DNA of 64,000 nt from Promethearchaeota archaeon (GCA_019057795.1 JAHLWS010000011.1:1-64000); one strand, 5' to 3'. Shown: positions 29,206-39,819, counted from the stretch's first letter. Program-made: numbers and translations. The notes: generated by a model from the sequence alone, not told the origin.

Positions 29206-32200
29206 TTACTTTTTACCTCCTTCACTAATTTTTTTGTCTATTAAAATCATCTCTAATTGTTTCTTCCTATATCGTCGGTAATATATGTAAACCCCAACTA
29301 AAGCACCAAGAAACACGAAAGTTAATATTGAATGAATTAGATTAGATGGCACTAATACTTTGATGGTACTAACAGTTAAAATTAAGCCACTCTTATCACG
29401 CATAATAACGCTAATATCTTTCCAACCCGAACTAAGAGAAACTTGTACGCTTTTAGCAGTTGTAATACCTTGACTAACACCGTTTATTAATACTTCAAAG
29501 TAATCATATAGTGAATCGGTCTCCCACTCAATATTGAAATTATTAGAAATCATCGATTCTCTATTTTTAGGATTTAAAATCTGAATGTTAAATTTAGAAT
29601 TTATGCAATATAATAATTCTCCACTAGCGATTAATAGTTCCTTGCTTCCATCTTCGTTTAAATCAACAATTGGAAATATTGAATTAATATCCATATTAAA
29701 TCTATAAAGAATTGTCTGATTGAATATATCCCGAATTTCTGATATCGGAAATGCTTCATAGTACTCATAAAATTGCTCTGTTATTTTTCTGTAACCATTA
29801 TGCTCGATAAAAATCTCGTCATATCCGTCTCCATTAATATCTTCAATTTTTTCTATGTTTAAGACAAATTCATAGGAGTAAGTGGCATAAGGGTTCAAGC
29901 AACTAGCAGATTCTAGTACCCATTTATAATTAGTTAATTCGATTGGTTCATTTTCATTACTATTTAAAATATCATAGAAATTGATATAAGAATGTTTACA
30001 GCCGGAACTATCAGATTGTATTCCTATTATTGCTTCAGAGGTTCCATCATTAGTAATATCTCCGATTGAAGTAAAGGGCATTTTAAGTTTATCTGATTCA
30101 TCAATATCGTCGTTTATATTAGTATCATCGAAAATTTCTTTAAATAAAATAACAGGATTAGAATCACCAGAATTACCGCTAAATATTTTACATTCCATTT
30201 CATAAGTATAATAATATTCTTCTATTGTTTCTGATCTATATATACCAACATGATCAAGGAAATCATCACCATTGAAATCTTCATGGGAAATTAGTAATAG
30301 ATAACCTGCACCTTCTAAACCAAAGTCAATCTTTCCTATATTACTCTCCGCAGCATAGATAGCTGATTTCAAATTTTCTGTTGGGATTTTACATACTGTT
30401 GAACGGCTATTAATATCAATAATTCGAATATTGGTTAAAGATGAAGAGAAATAACTCCCCATTTCGTATTCTAATTCTACTTCCAAATATTCATATTCTC
30501 CTACAATAATTCCTATTTTTCCATCTTTCGATATTTTTGTTTTTCCAGGAAATTCATAAGGTGTAGAATCATAATATTCTTCTGTTGGAAAGTTTGGAAT
30601 CTCTACCCAGGAATAGTTAATTAATACTTTAGAATCCGAATAATTTTCAAAATGAGATATTTGAGAATCCCAATAAGGATCACTTATTAATTTATGAGAA
30701 CATTTAGATGTATTTCCGAATTGGAAGATTCCAGTTAATAACCAGTTATTTAGACTATTATTTAATGGTAAAACCCGTACATTTTCATGTGGAATAAATG
30801 TTTGATTAAGACTCCATTTAGTATAAGCCTCTTTGCTTTTTAGATCAAAAAGGCGGATTCTTGTACTCCATGTATTAGGCGTATATATATCGTCGCTTTC
30901 AATACCAATTATAGCAATTAAATCCAAATATTGATCATTAGTTCCGTTAACAACCTCAAAGTCTTGAATTTCTAAATTTAGTAGATTACTTTTGTCCCAA
31001 GCATCACTAGCATATTTCCATGTATAATATCTATCGTATTCATTGTTAAATAAACCCCAATAAAATGCTGCAAGACCAAAATCATTAATTGTCACATTAA
31101 ATGGGTTCTTACCATTTGTGATATTCAAACGAATTTGAATATTTTTATTTGCATCCACGAAATTCGATAATGTAGTTTTATTCTCATAATCAAATTCAAT
31201 AAAATCATCAGCGTCGTCTGTTCCACGTGTAATTACCCACATATGATCATCCTGAAAATCAGAATTATCTAAATCAAAATAATCAAAAGATGTTCTTCTT
31301 GGCGATTTAAAATCACCTTTAAGATCACGATATGTGTGATTATTCCAAGTTGGTGTTGAACTCCAGTTGCATAAAACCCATTTGTTATTATATACATCAA
31401 AAATTTCATAAGTAAAATTGTACCAACTAGGAGAAGAAGTATTTACCATTAGACTAGTTTGCATTTTAAGAGCAGATAATCGTTCAATTTGGGAAAGTGG
31501 ATACTCCATAGATCCCAATAAATCATCATCAAGTAAATTTACTGGAATTGTTAAGTCCATTATCGCTCTCCATGAAGAAGTTTCTACCTCTTCAGCTTTA
31601 ATAGTATAATTTCCTTCATCATCCAATAAATCAGCTAAGCTATCGGAAAAAGTACCGTTTATAGGTACAATACTACTTGCTTGCGCTAATGACGAATAAT
31701 TCCATGGGTTTCCCCCCACCCCACCCCACTGAATATCAAAATTATTAACCCAAGTATCATCTATTTCACCATTAATTCTATTATATATATGATTTTCAGA
31801 GGAAGATATCTCGACTGGTTCTATATAAGTCCCACTGTATTCATATTCGCGATAAAATTTATATGGAAAATCTATCATAGGAGTACTCCAAATAATATTT
31901 CCATCAGAACCATCAATAACTAAAACTTTAGTATATTTAGTTAAGAGAGACCTATATATCATTTCTTTATATGAATCAATTGTTCCAATCCCTATTAGAC
32001 TTTTTATATGTTCCGAAACATCGGAAGGTATTTCTGAGGGAATAATCCATGCCCCATAATCATCAATATCATCATCACCAGTAATATCCCCCACATTTTT
32101 TAAGTCCCTTAGTCCCTTATAATATTCTGGTGAAGGGATATTTAACGACCATATTATATTTCCCGTTCTTGCATCAATTGTATATAATTCAACTATGATG

Positions 32201-33984
32201 GTTGGTTTTTCTGTAGTTTGAGACGGGATTCCATTATCATCTGAACTAATCCAATCTGGTTCAAAATCACTTTTTTGCATTATTAGGAAATCGTTAAATC
32301 CATCATCATTTAAATCATTGGTCTCAGTTATCTCTATTTCAGATGCCTCTTGAGTTCTCACCCAAAGGGTATCATTATTTTTACAATCAATACATAAATA
32401 GCGACCATTTGCAGTAATAGCAAATAAATCATCCACACCATCACTATTAAGATCACCCACATTCAAGAAATAATGTCCTTTCTTACTTCCACTATAAGAC
32501 GATACACTCTCATATTGACCAGGATCTTCATAAACAACCACTGGATCAACTGACTTTTCATCATCAATGTGATATCGATTAATTAATGCTGTGAGATATT
32601 CACCATAATAATCTTCATATGAATAATAATAAATATAAATATCAGAATCTACTTTAATTATTTCTGGATAAGAACTGAGAAAAAAGCTACTATAAGTCCA
32701 GTTTAGACTACGGGTGATGTTTATCTTATTTATTTCGGATAAGGGATTTATATTAAATATTTTACCTTGAATTATTTTTGCTTGTGAATCATAACCTGAA
32801 GAATAATCGAGATCAGATGCGATTGAAATGTACTCTTTAATCCCATCATTATTAATATCAGGAATTTCGTAAATTTTTATTCCAGATTTCATAAATATTC
32901 TTTTTACTGATGAATATGGAGATGTTGGGTAAGTACCATAATATGAATCTGTAGTACTACTTAAATTAAAACAAACATCATCATCAAGAAGACGACCATT
33001 CTTTCCAGAAATTAATCGTAAATATCCATCGTCAGAAGCTATTAAAATATCATTAATCTCATCATTATTAATATCTCCAACATCCTTTATATCATCGATA
33101 GAATTGGGTATAGTTACAGGAGTAAGACCCGTCATGCCATAAACTAGCTTTACTGTTCCTTCTACTGTAAAAGTCCAATGTTTGCTTCCATCTTGAGAAT
33201 CAAATGCAATTAATTTACCTTCTTCTGAACCGGCAATAATAGTTTCAGCTCCGTTACCATTTATATCTTCTACTACTTCTAATTTCCAAACATCATTGGT
33301 AAAGTCATGATCATTCATCCATACTTTATTTCCAGACTTTCCATTTACAACGATTAATCTATGCCACGAAGAAATTACGATTTCTGATATATCATCATCA
33401 TTTATATCATTAATTAATTTGATATCCCATGAATATGGAATAAAATTTTGTGCTTGATACGTCTCAGTACTAATACCTTCGATTGTGGGCTTAAACTTCC
33501 ATATTTCTGACCCATTATTAGAAGAAATTGCGATTAAATTTGGATGTTCTTGAAAATAAGTAATAAGTACAATATCATCCTGATTATCACCTGAAATATC
33601 TTCAATAATTTCAAAATCAATTACGGGTCCAAAAGTTCTATAACTCATAATTATAAAACCATCTAATGTAATTGTAGCAATACCTCCATCAGTTCCAACG
33701 ATAATTAATGGGGGTCCTCCTTCTGTAAAATTGACTAATCTAGGTTGCATTGCTGCTCCAGAACCAGGAAGCCCTTTACCAAGTTTCCATATAATTGAAT
33801 CTTCTCCAGAATCCTCAGCTTGAGTCTTAGGTTTGTTTGAGAAATCATTAATAAATAGGTTACTGGGGATGAAATTGATTATAGGCAAACTTAAGATAAT
33901 AATTAAAGCTGTAATTGAATATATTTTATATCGAAGTTTTAAGTCAGTTCTTCTTTTCATTTTTATTTTCACACTAGATTTCAT
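29206..33984 (-). CDS. Large cell-surface protein with FG-GAP/PQQ-type beta-propeller repeats
   Basis: N-terminal signal/TM helix; about 12 D-[ILF]-[NTS]-x-D-G/D-x-x-[DE] loops; repeated G..IW blades; C-terminal TM helix followed by YRRYRKK. Confidence 0.8.
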   Translation of the reverse strand: MKSSVKIKMKRRTDLKLRYKIYSITALIIILSLPIINFIPSNLFINDFSNKPKTQAEDSGEDSIIWKLGKGLPGSGAAMQPRLVNFTEGGPPLIIVGTDGGIATITLDGFIIMSYRTFGPVIDFEIIEDISGDNQDDIVLITYFQEHPNLIAISSNNGSEIWKFKPTIEGISTETYQAQNFIPYSWDIKLINDINDDDISEIVISSWHRLIVVNGKSGNKVWMNDHDFTNDVWKLEVVEDINGNGAETIIAGSEEGKLIAFDSQDGSKHWTFTVEGTVKLVYGMTGLTPVTIPNSIDDIKDVGDINNDEINDILIASDDGYLRLISGKNGRLLDDDVCFNLSSTTDSYYGTYPTSPYSSVKRIFMKSGIKIYEIPDINNDGIKEYISIASDLDYSSGYDSQAKIIQGKIFNINPLSEINKINITRSLNWTYSSFFLSSYPEIIKVDSDIYIYYYSYEDYYGEYLTALINRYHIDDEKSVDPVVVYEDPGQYESVSSYSGSKKGHYFLNVGDLNSDGVDDLFAITANGRYLCIDCKNNDTLWVRTQEASEIEITETNDLNDDGFNDFLIMQKSDFEPDWISSDDNGIPSQTTEKPTIIVELYTIDARTGNIIWSLNIPSPEYYKGLRDLKNVGDITGDDDIDDYGAWIIPSEIPSDVSEHIKSLIGIGTIDSYKEMIYRSLLTKYTKVLVIDGSDGNIIWSTPMIDFPYKFYREYEYSGTYIEPVEISSSENHIYNRINGEIDDTWVNNFDIQWGGVGGNPWNYSSLAQASSIVPINGTFSDSLADLLDDEGNYTIKAEEVETSSWRAIMDLTIPVNLLDDDLLGSMEYPLSQIERLSALKMQTSLMVNTSSPSWYNFTYEIFDVYNNKWVLCNWSSTPTWNNHTYRDLKGDFKSPRRTSFDYFDLDNSDFQDDHMWVITRGTDDADDFIEFDYENKTTLSNFVDANKNIQIRLNITNGKNPFNVTINDFGLAAFYWGLFNNEYDRYYTWKYASDAWDKSNLLNLEIQDFEVVNGTNDQYLDLIAIIGIESDDIYTPNTWSTRIRLFDLKSKEAYTKWSLNQTFIPHENVRVLPLNNSLNNWLLTGIFQFGNTSKCSHKLISDPYWDSQISHFENYSDSKVLINYSWVEIPNFPTEEYYDSTPYEFPGKTKISKDGKIGIIVGEYEYLEVELEYEMGSYFSSSLTNIRIIDINSRSTVCKIPTENLKSAIYAAESNIGKIDFGLEGAGYLLLISHEDFNGDDFLDHVGIYRSETIEEYYYTYEMECKIFSGNSGDSNPVILFKEIFDDTNINDDIDESDKLKMPFTSIGDITNDGTSEAIIGIQSDSSGCKHSYINFYDILNSNENEPIELTNYKWVLESASCLNPYATYSYEFVLNIEKIEDINGDGYDEIFIEHNGYRKITEQFYEYYEAFPISEIRDIFNQTILYRFNMDINSIFPIVDLNEDGSKELLIASGELLYCINSKFNIQILNPKNRESMISNNFNIEWETDSLYDYFEVLINGVSQGITTAKSVQVSLSSGWKDISVIMRDKSGLILTVSTIKVLVPSNLIHSILTFVFLGALVGVYIYYRRYRKKQLEMILIDKKISEGGKK

Positions 33985-34157
33985 TATTATAATTTATTTT
34001 AGAAGTTTTAAAAAGTTGAATTAAACCTTATTTATTCATTATACTTACTTACTATTTAATAATTTCCTTCTTTATAACAAAAATTTAGAATATCGAACAT
34101 TAAGAGCGATTATATAGAAGAAAAACGCTAATAGAAATCAAATTTTGATTAAGACTT

Positions 34158-34415
34158 TTATTGGCTATTACGAAATGGAACTAATCTAATTGCCTTATTA
34201 GGACATCTATGGTAACATACAGAACAACCCCCACAATAAGATTCAGTTATAATTGTTATAGCTTTTCCCTCGGCGTTAAATTTTCTAATATTGAGTGGAC
34301 AATATATTACGCAAGTTCCACATGATTTACACTTAGATAATTCTGTTATTGCTTTATAAGATAATTTAGATAATTCTCTGATTTTTTTTTGTAATTTAGG
34401 TGAGGCTGTTTTCAT
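34158..34415 (-). CDS. 2[4Fe-4S] ferredoxin
   Basis: CKSCGTCVIYCP and CGGCSVCYHRCP. Confidence 0.88.
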   Translation of the reverse strand: MKTASPKLQKKIRELSKLSYKAITELSKCKSCGTCVIYCPLNIRKFNAEGKAITIITESYCGGCSVCYHRCPNKAIRLVPFRNSQ

Positions 34416-34485
34416 TATTTAAAAAAATAAATTATTGTTCAAAAAGAGTTTGAAAAAAAAAATTGTGGATTTTTTCACGAAGTTT

Positions 34486-35508
34486 TTAAGAGATATTAGC
34501 ACACAATTTCTTTAATATTTTTTCTGCTTCGTTTGAGAAACTGGTAATTATATCCCCAACATCCATTATCGAGTCAATAAGACCACATGTTTGCCCTACT
34601 GGAATAGCTCCATTATCCACATCTCCTTGAGTGTATACGATTTCGTATCGATGAAGATCTTCCATAAATCCATCCAGATCAATCGCTAATTCTTGAGCAA
34701 TTTTTTCTTCTTTTGTCATAAGCGCTCCATGTTCTAAACAGTATTTATTTTTCAATAATCTTATTGGTCCAAACCCACCTGTAGTAAGCAATGTATCTCG
34801 AGCTGTCGCAGGAGGGATTAAAGCTTTATAATTAGGATGGAATTCGCTTTCACTAGATGCTATAAATCGCGTTCCCATAGCAACAGCATCCGCCCCCATA
34901 GCTAATCCCGCAGCTACGCCTTCTGGACTTGCAATACCCCCACAAGCAATTAATGGTTTTTCGGGGTATTTTTGGGCAACCTGTGTAACCAGAACTAATG
35001 TAGTAATCCCTTCATAACTTTGATGACCGCCCCCTTCCGTACCAGTAGCAACAACACCATCGCATCCTGCAGCATATACTTTATCAACTAACCATAAAGC
35101 TGGAGCGACGTGATAATGCATGATATGAGGTGCCTTTTGTTTTAATATTTTACTAGCATTTCGTGCACCTCCAGCACTTGTTAGCAAATAAATTAACTGT
35201 TCGCGAATTTTTGGATTTGTATTACTCAATTGAGCAATTTTTCTTAACATAATCTTATGATCCGTCTGAACGCGAGCAGTTCGAATATTAACGCCGAATG
35301 GTTTATCTGTATGTTCAATTACATAATCTAACTGCTTCATCATATCTTTTATCGAATTTTTTCCTTGTAAAGTTGCGTGACTTACAACTCCAAGTCCTCC
35401 CGCCTCAGAAACAGCGATAGATAATTCGGTCGTGTAGAATGGACCCATCGGAGCGCTAAATATTGGATATTTTATCCCAAATGATTCTGTTATTTTAGTT
35501 TTAATCAT
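34486..35508 (-). CDS. Nitronate monooxygenase / FabK-like FMN oxidoreductase
   Basis: APMG, AVSEAGGLG, KPFGVN, EGGGH, GGIA, MGTRF. Confidence 0.9.
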   Translation of the reverse strand: MIKTKITESFGIKYPIFSAPMGPFYTTELSIAVSEAGGLGVVSHATLQGKNSIKDMMKQLDYVIEHTDKPFGVNIRTARVQTDHKIMLRKIAQLSNTNPKIREQLIYLLTSAGGARNASKILKQKAPHIMHYHVAPALWLVDKVYAAGCDGVVATGTEGGGHQSYEGITTLVLVTQVAQKYPEKPLIACGGIASPEGVAAGLAMGADAVAMGTRFIASSESEFHPNYKALIPPATARDTLLTTGGFGPIRLLKNKYCLEHGALMTKEEKIAQELAIDLDGFMEDLHRYEIVYTQGDVDNGAIPVGQTCGLIDSIMDVGDIITSFSNEAEKILKKLCANIS

Positions 35509-35743
35509 ATTTGATTTATTCCTATTTTTAAAATTATGATAGTTAATAATACTTTTTTGCGATTAAAAAAGATATTCTTCTTAAGTTTCAATAAAAAAAA
35601 AAATCAGTTTATCTTCTTTTTTAACAATAAAAAAGCTATCTAAATTAAATTTATAGAATCAAAAGTTTTGTATTAAAAATAATAAAACTTAATATAAACA
35701 ATAAAAAGATGCTTGAATCTGAACATTAACAGGTTTATTAAAA

Positions 35744-36229
35744 CTATTTTTCTAAGTGTTCGGTTTTAGAAGCAATGATGTTTGTAATACTTCCATTGGG
35801 AGTTAAATTAGAGTATTCCACCCTTATTTCCTCTTTTGTATATTTTTCAATCATAGCTGCCATGACCATAGCCATTGGACACACCCCTTTAGTACCTGCA
35901 ACTTTATGAGCAGATCTTGCCATGAAACAATTATCCAAGGAAAAAACATACGAACCATCAGGTCTTTTCTTAAGAGAAGCGTTGTCAACTAATAGAGAAG
36001 TTTTTAATAACTCTACAAACCTTTTTCCAAAATCTTCAATATTTTCTCCTACTATTGGCTCAATACCCAATTTTTCAGCTATTTCCATAGACTCTTTTAT
36101 TGCGGGAAAAATATAATCATTAAATCCAATTTTTCCTAAAGTCTCATCAATACCGTGTTGAAGAGTAAAAACCCCCACGTGAAATAAACCCGTGATAAAT
36201 CCAAACTCCTTTGGCATCATTTTATCCAT
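35744..36229 (-). CDS. V4R / methanogen-output-domain-like (H-NOX/Bet3 clan) protein
   Basis: Helical N-terminal half, then strand-C(FMA)-x-CPM..MAAMIE pattern typical of V4R-type domains. Confidence 0.55.
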   Translation of the reverse strand: MDKMMPKEFGFITGLFHVGVFTLQHGIDETLGKIGFNDYIFPAIKESMEIAEKLGIEPIVGENIEDFGKRFVELLKTSLLVDNASLKKRPDGSYVFSLDNCFMARSAHKVAGTKGVCPMAMVMAAMIEKYTKEEIRVEYSNLTPNGSITNIIASKTEHLEK

Positions 36230-36275
36230 TAATTTACGCTTTAATCCTATTTTTTTTCACCTTTAAATTTCTTAA

Positions 36276-36593
36276 TTATACATTATTCCATACACTATTA
36301 AATATTTCTTCAGTTTTTTCTATAATCATCTTATGTTCTATTACTTTTGTCATAGGAAATAAGACCATTATATATTTATGTTCCCTTTTTGAGATTGAAA
36401 TCAATTTATTTTCTGAAGAAATAACAATGCTATTTACCTCACCAGCTTCAAATTCATTTGAAAATTTTTTGACTAAATTTATTAACATTCCTCCAATTGC
36501 AATTTGACGTGGCGAAGAATACTTAGGAGGAACTTCGGAAAAAACAACTTTTCCTTGTATTTCATCAAATACAATAATTCCTTCTGCTTGCAC
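36276..36593 (-). CDS. Roadblock/longin-like small domain protein, paralogous to the C-terminal half of 37226-38041
   Basis: QAEGIIVFDE..YSSPRQIAIGGMLIN..GEVNSIVISSE..SKRE aligns with QSEGVILFDE..YSSRKQISMSGMLIN..GDVNCILISSE..SKRD; GGAGG SD motif upstream. Confidence 0.65.
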   Translation of the reverse strand: MQAEGIIVFDEIQGKVVFSEVPPKYSSPRQIAIGGMLINLVKKFSNEFEAGEVNSIVISSENKLISISKREHKYIMVLFPMTKVIEHKMIIEKTEEIFNSVWNNV

Positions 36594-36657
36594 TTTATTT
36601 TTTAGTTCCTCCAGTTAATTTTAAATTAATTTAATAAATATTTATCGAAGTATAATC

Positions 36658-37215
36658 TTATAAATTACTTTTATATTTTTCATATAATACTCTAATTATT
36701 TTTTGGAACGCTTCGGTCACCCCTTGATTTGTTTTCGCAGAAGTTCGAAAAACTCCAATAAAGTTCTTCTCTTTAATGAAGTTTTGAATATATGTGTCAT
36801 CTAACTTATCTTCATTAATTAAATCTACTTTATTTGCAAAAATAATAATAGGAATATCACCACAACTCTGTTTAAGGTCCTTATACCAATCAACAATGTG
36901 ATTGAGACTTTCTTCACCAAGATCATTTTCTTCGAGGGAATAAACAATAATTGCAGCTTTACTTTCTTCATAAAAATCAGAACGTAAAAATTCAAATTCC
37001 TTTTGACCAGCAATATCCCAAAAATATAATTTACATTCATCTCCATTTATTTTCTCATCATAAAAAGAAAATTGGGCGCCTATAGTAGATATATAATCTT
37101 CCTCAAAAGTACCATGAGTATACTTTTTAATTAGAGATGTTTTTCCAACTCCTCCATCTCCAATTACAGTTATTTTAAATACAAATTTTAAATGTGTATC
37201 ATTCATTAGTTTCAA
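36658..37215 (-). CDS. Rab-like small GTPase
   Basis: G1 GDGGVGKT, G2 STIG, G3 WDIAGQ, G4 NKVD, G5 TSAK; no C-terminal Cys prenylation motif. Confidence 0.95.
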   Translation of the reverse strand: MKLMNDTHLKFVFKITVIGDGGVGKTSLIKKYTHGTFEEDYISTIGAQFSFYDEKINGDECKLYFWDIAGQKEFEFLRSDFYEESKAAIIVYSLEENDLGEESLNHIVDWYKDLKQSCGDIPIIIFANKVDLINEDKLDDTYIQNFIKEKNFIGVFRTSAKTNQGVTEAFQKIIRVLYEKYKSNL

Positions 37216-37225
37216 TCAAATCCAT

Positions 37226-38041
37226 TTATTTTAATAATTCAATCTTTAACATTTTCAAAACGTCATCTAAAATTTCTTCAGTTTTTTCCACAATTATATT
37301 AAGTTCAATATTTTTTGTTTTGGAAAATAAAACAATTATGTAAATATAATCTCTTTTCGAGACACAAATCCACCGATACTCTGAAGAGATTAATATACAA
37401 TTTACATCTCCTCCTTGATATTCATATGATAATTTTTTAGCAAAATTTATTAACATTCCACTCATCGAAATTTGTTTTCTAGATGAATATTCTTCTGGAA
37501 CTTTAGCAAAAAGAATTTTTTCTTGGTTTTCGTCAAATAGAATTACTCCTTCGGATTGCACCTTATAGCCAAACTCTTCTAATAAACCTTCAATAAGCGG
37601 TTGTTCCATGAACTGTAATATGTAATTGTTAAAATCTGAGAAGACGGTTATATTTCCATTACGAATAGGGATGTGATCTTGATATACTTCTAAAAATTTA
37701 TTTGATATTTTGTTTAGAATGTAAACAATTACTTGATTTGGTAGATCGTCATAGCATTGTATACAAAAAGTTATATTCTCGAAGTTATTATAAAATAATT
37801 TATGACCACTCATTATTAAGGATTTAACTACCGTACCTGGAATTAATTTCTCACCAAACTTCTTAATAGCTGTGAAAAATCCAGACACTATATTTTCATC
37901 CAAATTTTCAGGTTTTATGCCACAACTTGTCAAACAAACCCCTGCGTTATCATAAATATAAATTGATTCAACATAATTTTCTATTGCTTTTTTTTCTTCT
38001 AACAACTCACCCTTATCCGCACTCATACTTCTATCACCCAT
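37226..38041 (-). CDS. Two-domain longin + roadblock/longin-like protein
   Basis: IYIYDNAGVCL..IVSGFFTAIKKFG..LNKISNKFLEVY..F..F longin pattern, then a second domain duplicated in 36276-36593. Confidence 0.7.
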   Translation of the reverse strand: MGDRSMSADKGELLEEKKAIENYVESIYIYDNAGVCLTSCGIKPENLDENIVSGFFTAIKKFGEKLIPGTVVKSLIMSGHKLFYNNFENITFCIQCYDDLPNQVIVYILNKISNKFLEVYQDHIPIRNGNITVFSDFNNYILQFMEQPLIEGLLEEFGYKVQSEGVILFDENQEKILFAKVPEEYSSRKQISMSGMLINFAKKLSYEYQGGDVNCILISSEYRWICVSKRDYIYIIVLFSKTKNIELNIIVEKTEEILDDVLKMLKIELLK

Positions 38042-38054
38042 TTCTCTTTAAATT

Positions 38055-38306
38055 TTAAGAGTTATCTATTTTATTTTTTTTAAAACCATCAATATGAGAT
38101 TTTAATTTAGAATTTTCAGCTTGGCATTGGTTTAATTGTTCTTGTAATTTTTGGTTTTCTATAACAGTTTTATTCGCGTTTAGCAAGGTTTGATATAATT
38201 GATTCTTAGCCTTCTTTAAATCCTTTTCCAAAGTCTTTACATACTGATCCTTATCAGATACATATGGCCATTCCTCTGTCATTGAATTTCCCTTCTGAAT
38301 TTTCAT
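38055..38306 (-). CDS. Small coiled-coil protein
   Basis: Heptad-rich LEKDLKKAKNQL...LQEQLNQCQAENSKLK; 13 bp from the next gene. Confidence 0.65.
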   Translation of the reverse strand: MKIQKGNSMTEEWPYVSDKDQYVKTLEKDLKKAKNQLYQTLLNANKTVIENQKLQEQLNQCQAENSKLKSHIDGFKKNKIDNS

Positions 38307-38367
38307 ATTCTTTTTTTACTTTTCTGTGATCTTACTATTAATACATAATTATTTCAATATATAATAT

Positions 38368-39054
38368 TTATTTTTGAGATGCTTTTTCTGCTTTAGGTGG
38401 TCGAGTGAAATAACCAATAGTACCACAATTCTTACACTTTTGAGAATTGTCATCTTGAAAGACCATAGTTTTATTGAAACAAGTAGGGCAAATGAAGAGT
38501 ACTTCTTCTATCTTTTCCTCAGGAAATTCTACAATCATATCTATATTAGGAACTATTGGTGTTGTAATACAATACATACAAAAACACCTTTTTTTAGTAG
38601 CTTCAAGAACCTCATCTAATTTTTCTATAGGTGCGTCACTCTCAACAAATATTTCAAGTTTATAGTTCTCTACAGCAGCAATTCCATCCTCAATCCCAAA
38701 TCCAGTAGTTAAATCAATATCTGCAACTATTCTGATATCAAGTTTTTTCAATTCAATTCCCGCCATTGCAGACCATTTAGCAAAAGCTGCAGAAAAGCAT
38801 CCACAAAAACCAGCCATACAATAATGAACAGGATGTACTGCAGTTCCTCCTCCTCCAAGGATTATTGTTTCATCCGTTTGTACAGTAATTTCCCCAGCTC
38901 TTTCTGTTTTCAGTTTGGTTTCGAATTGTGGTCCATATCCTACGTCTAATCTCCATCTACCTTTTACTTCTAAGGTTTTTTTACATTTGGACCGGTCTTT
39001 TCTATATTCTTCTTGTACCTTTTTGAAACCGTCTAGATCAATTCTATTAAGCAT
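38368..39054 (-). CDS. OsmC/Ohr-family protein with C-terminal zinc ribbon
   Basis: DE..LGG.GTA.HP..Y.MAG..GC, second Cys in KRC; C-terminal CPTC...CKNC. Confidence 0.8.
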   Translation of the reverse strand: MLNRIDLDGFKKVQEEYRKDRSKCKKTLEVKGRWRLDVGYGPQFETKLKTERAGEITVQTDETIILGGGGTAVHPVHYCMAGFCGCFSAAFAKWSAMAGIELKKLDIRIVADIDLTTGFGIEDGIAAVENYKLEIFVESDAPIEKLDEVLEATKKRCFCMYCITTPIVPNIDMIVEFPEEKIEEVLFICPTCFNKTMVFQDDNSQKCKNCGTIGYFTRPPKAEKASQK

Positions 39055-39371
39055 TAAGGATCTCCAATAAACTTATTACTAAGTTTAATATTAAATTGGT
39101 TAAACTCTAATATAAAGATATTTACCTTTTCGTCATTTTATACAAGAATGTCCAATTAAATAGACTAAATTTTATATTTTTAATATAAATCTATTAACCT
39201 TTTTGTCATTTTCGAACAATCTAATTTACAAAAATGCAAATAATAATAATAAATATAGAAATCTCTTCAATTTTTTATCAGTTATTTGAGGAATTAAAAT
39301 TTAATTAGGAATCTACCAATTAATTAATCACAATAAAAAATTTTAAATAAAATTATATCAAAATGATAAGA

Positions 39372-39440
39372 ATGAAAAAAGTAGCTATTATTGGAGTTGG
39401 AATTACTCCTTTTAAAGCAATAGTACTTTTTTGCTATTAA
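39372..39440 (+). pseudogene. Orphan 5' end of a thiolase gene (diverged duplicate of 42856-42900)
   Basis: MKKVAIIGVGITPFKA(IVLFCY*) versus KKVAILGVGITPFRA; differences mostly synonymous. Confidence 0.85.
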
Positions 39441-39505
39441 AAAAGACATTCTTATTAAGTTTAAATAAAAAAAGAAATCGAAATATATTTCATCAATTTT
39501 ATTAT

Positions 39506-39775
39506 TTAAGTGAATTTCTGATGTAACCCTTTTATAAAATCATCTATTTCCTTTAAGTTTTTAATGCTGTTATCGTAAGCCACCTTCCCGCATTCATCTT
39601 CTAAGTCAAAATAGGACTTAATACGCCCTTTTTCCATAATAGTTAACATTGATTTTAGGAAGATTGAGAATTTTGGTTGATATTTACTAATTTCTTTTGC
39701 AAATGCAACGGATTCTGAGTCTATTTTATCGAGTGGAAAAATTCTAGTAGGGAAATTAATAGCCCCTATATCTTC
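39506..39775 (-). pseudogene. 3' remnant of a probable crotonase-family gene
   Basis: Open frame of 89 codons: EDIGAINFPTRIFPLDKIDSESVAFAKEISKYQP...FDLEDE...DDFIKGLHQKFT*; resembles the C-terminal third of 21793-22569. Confidence 0.55.
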
Positions 39776-39819
39776 TTAGAAGAATTAATTAATTTTATTT
39801 CAAATATTAAAATTTAAAA

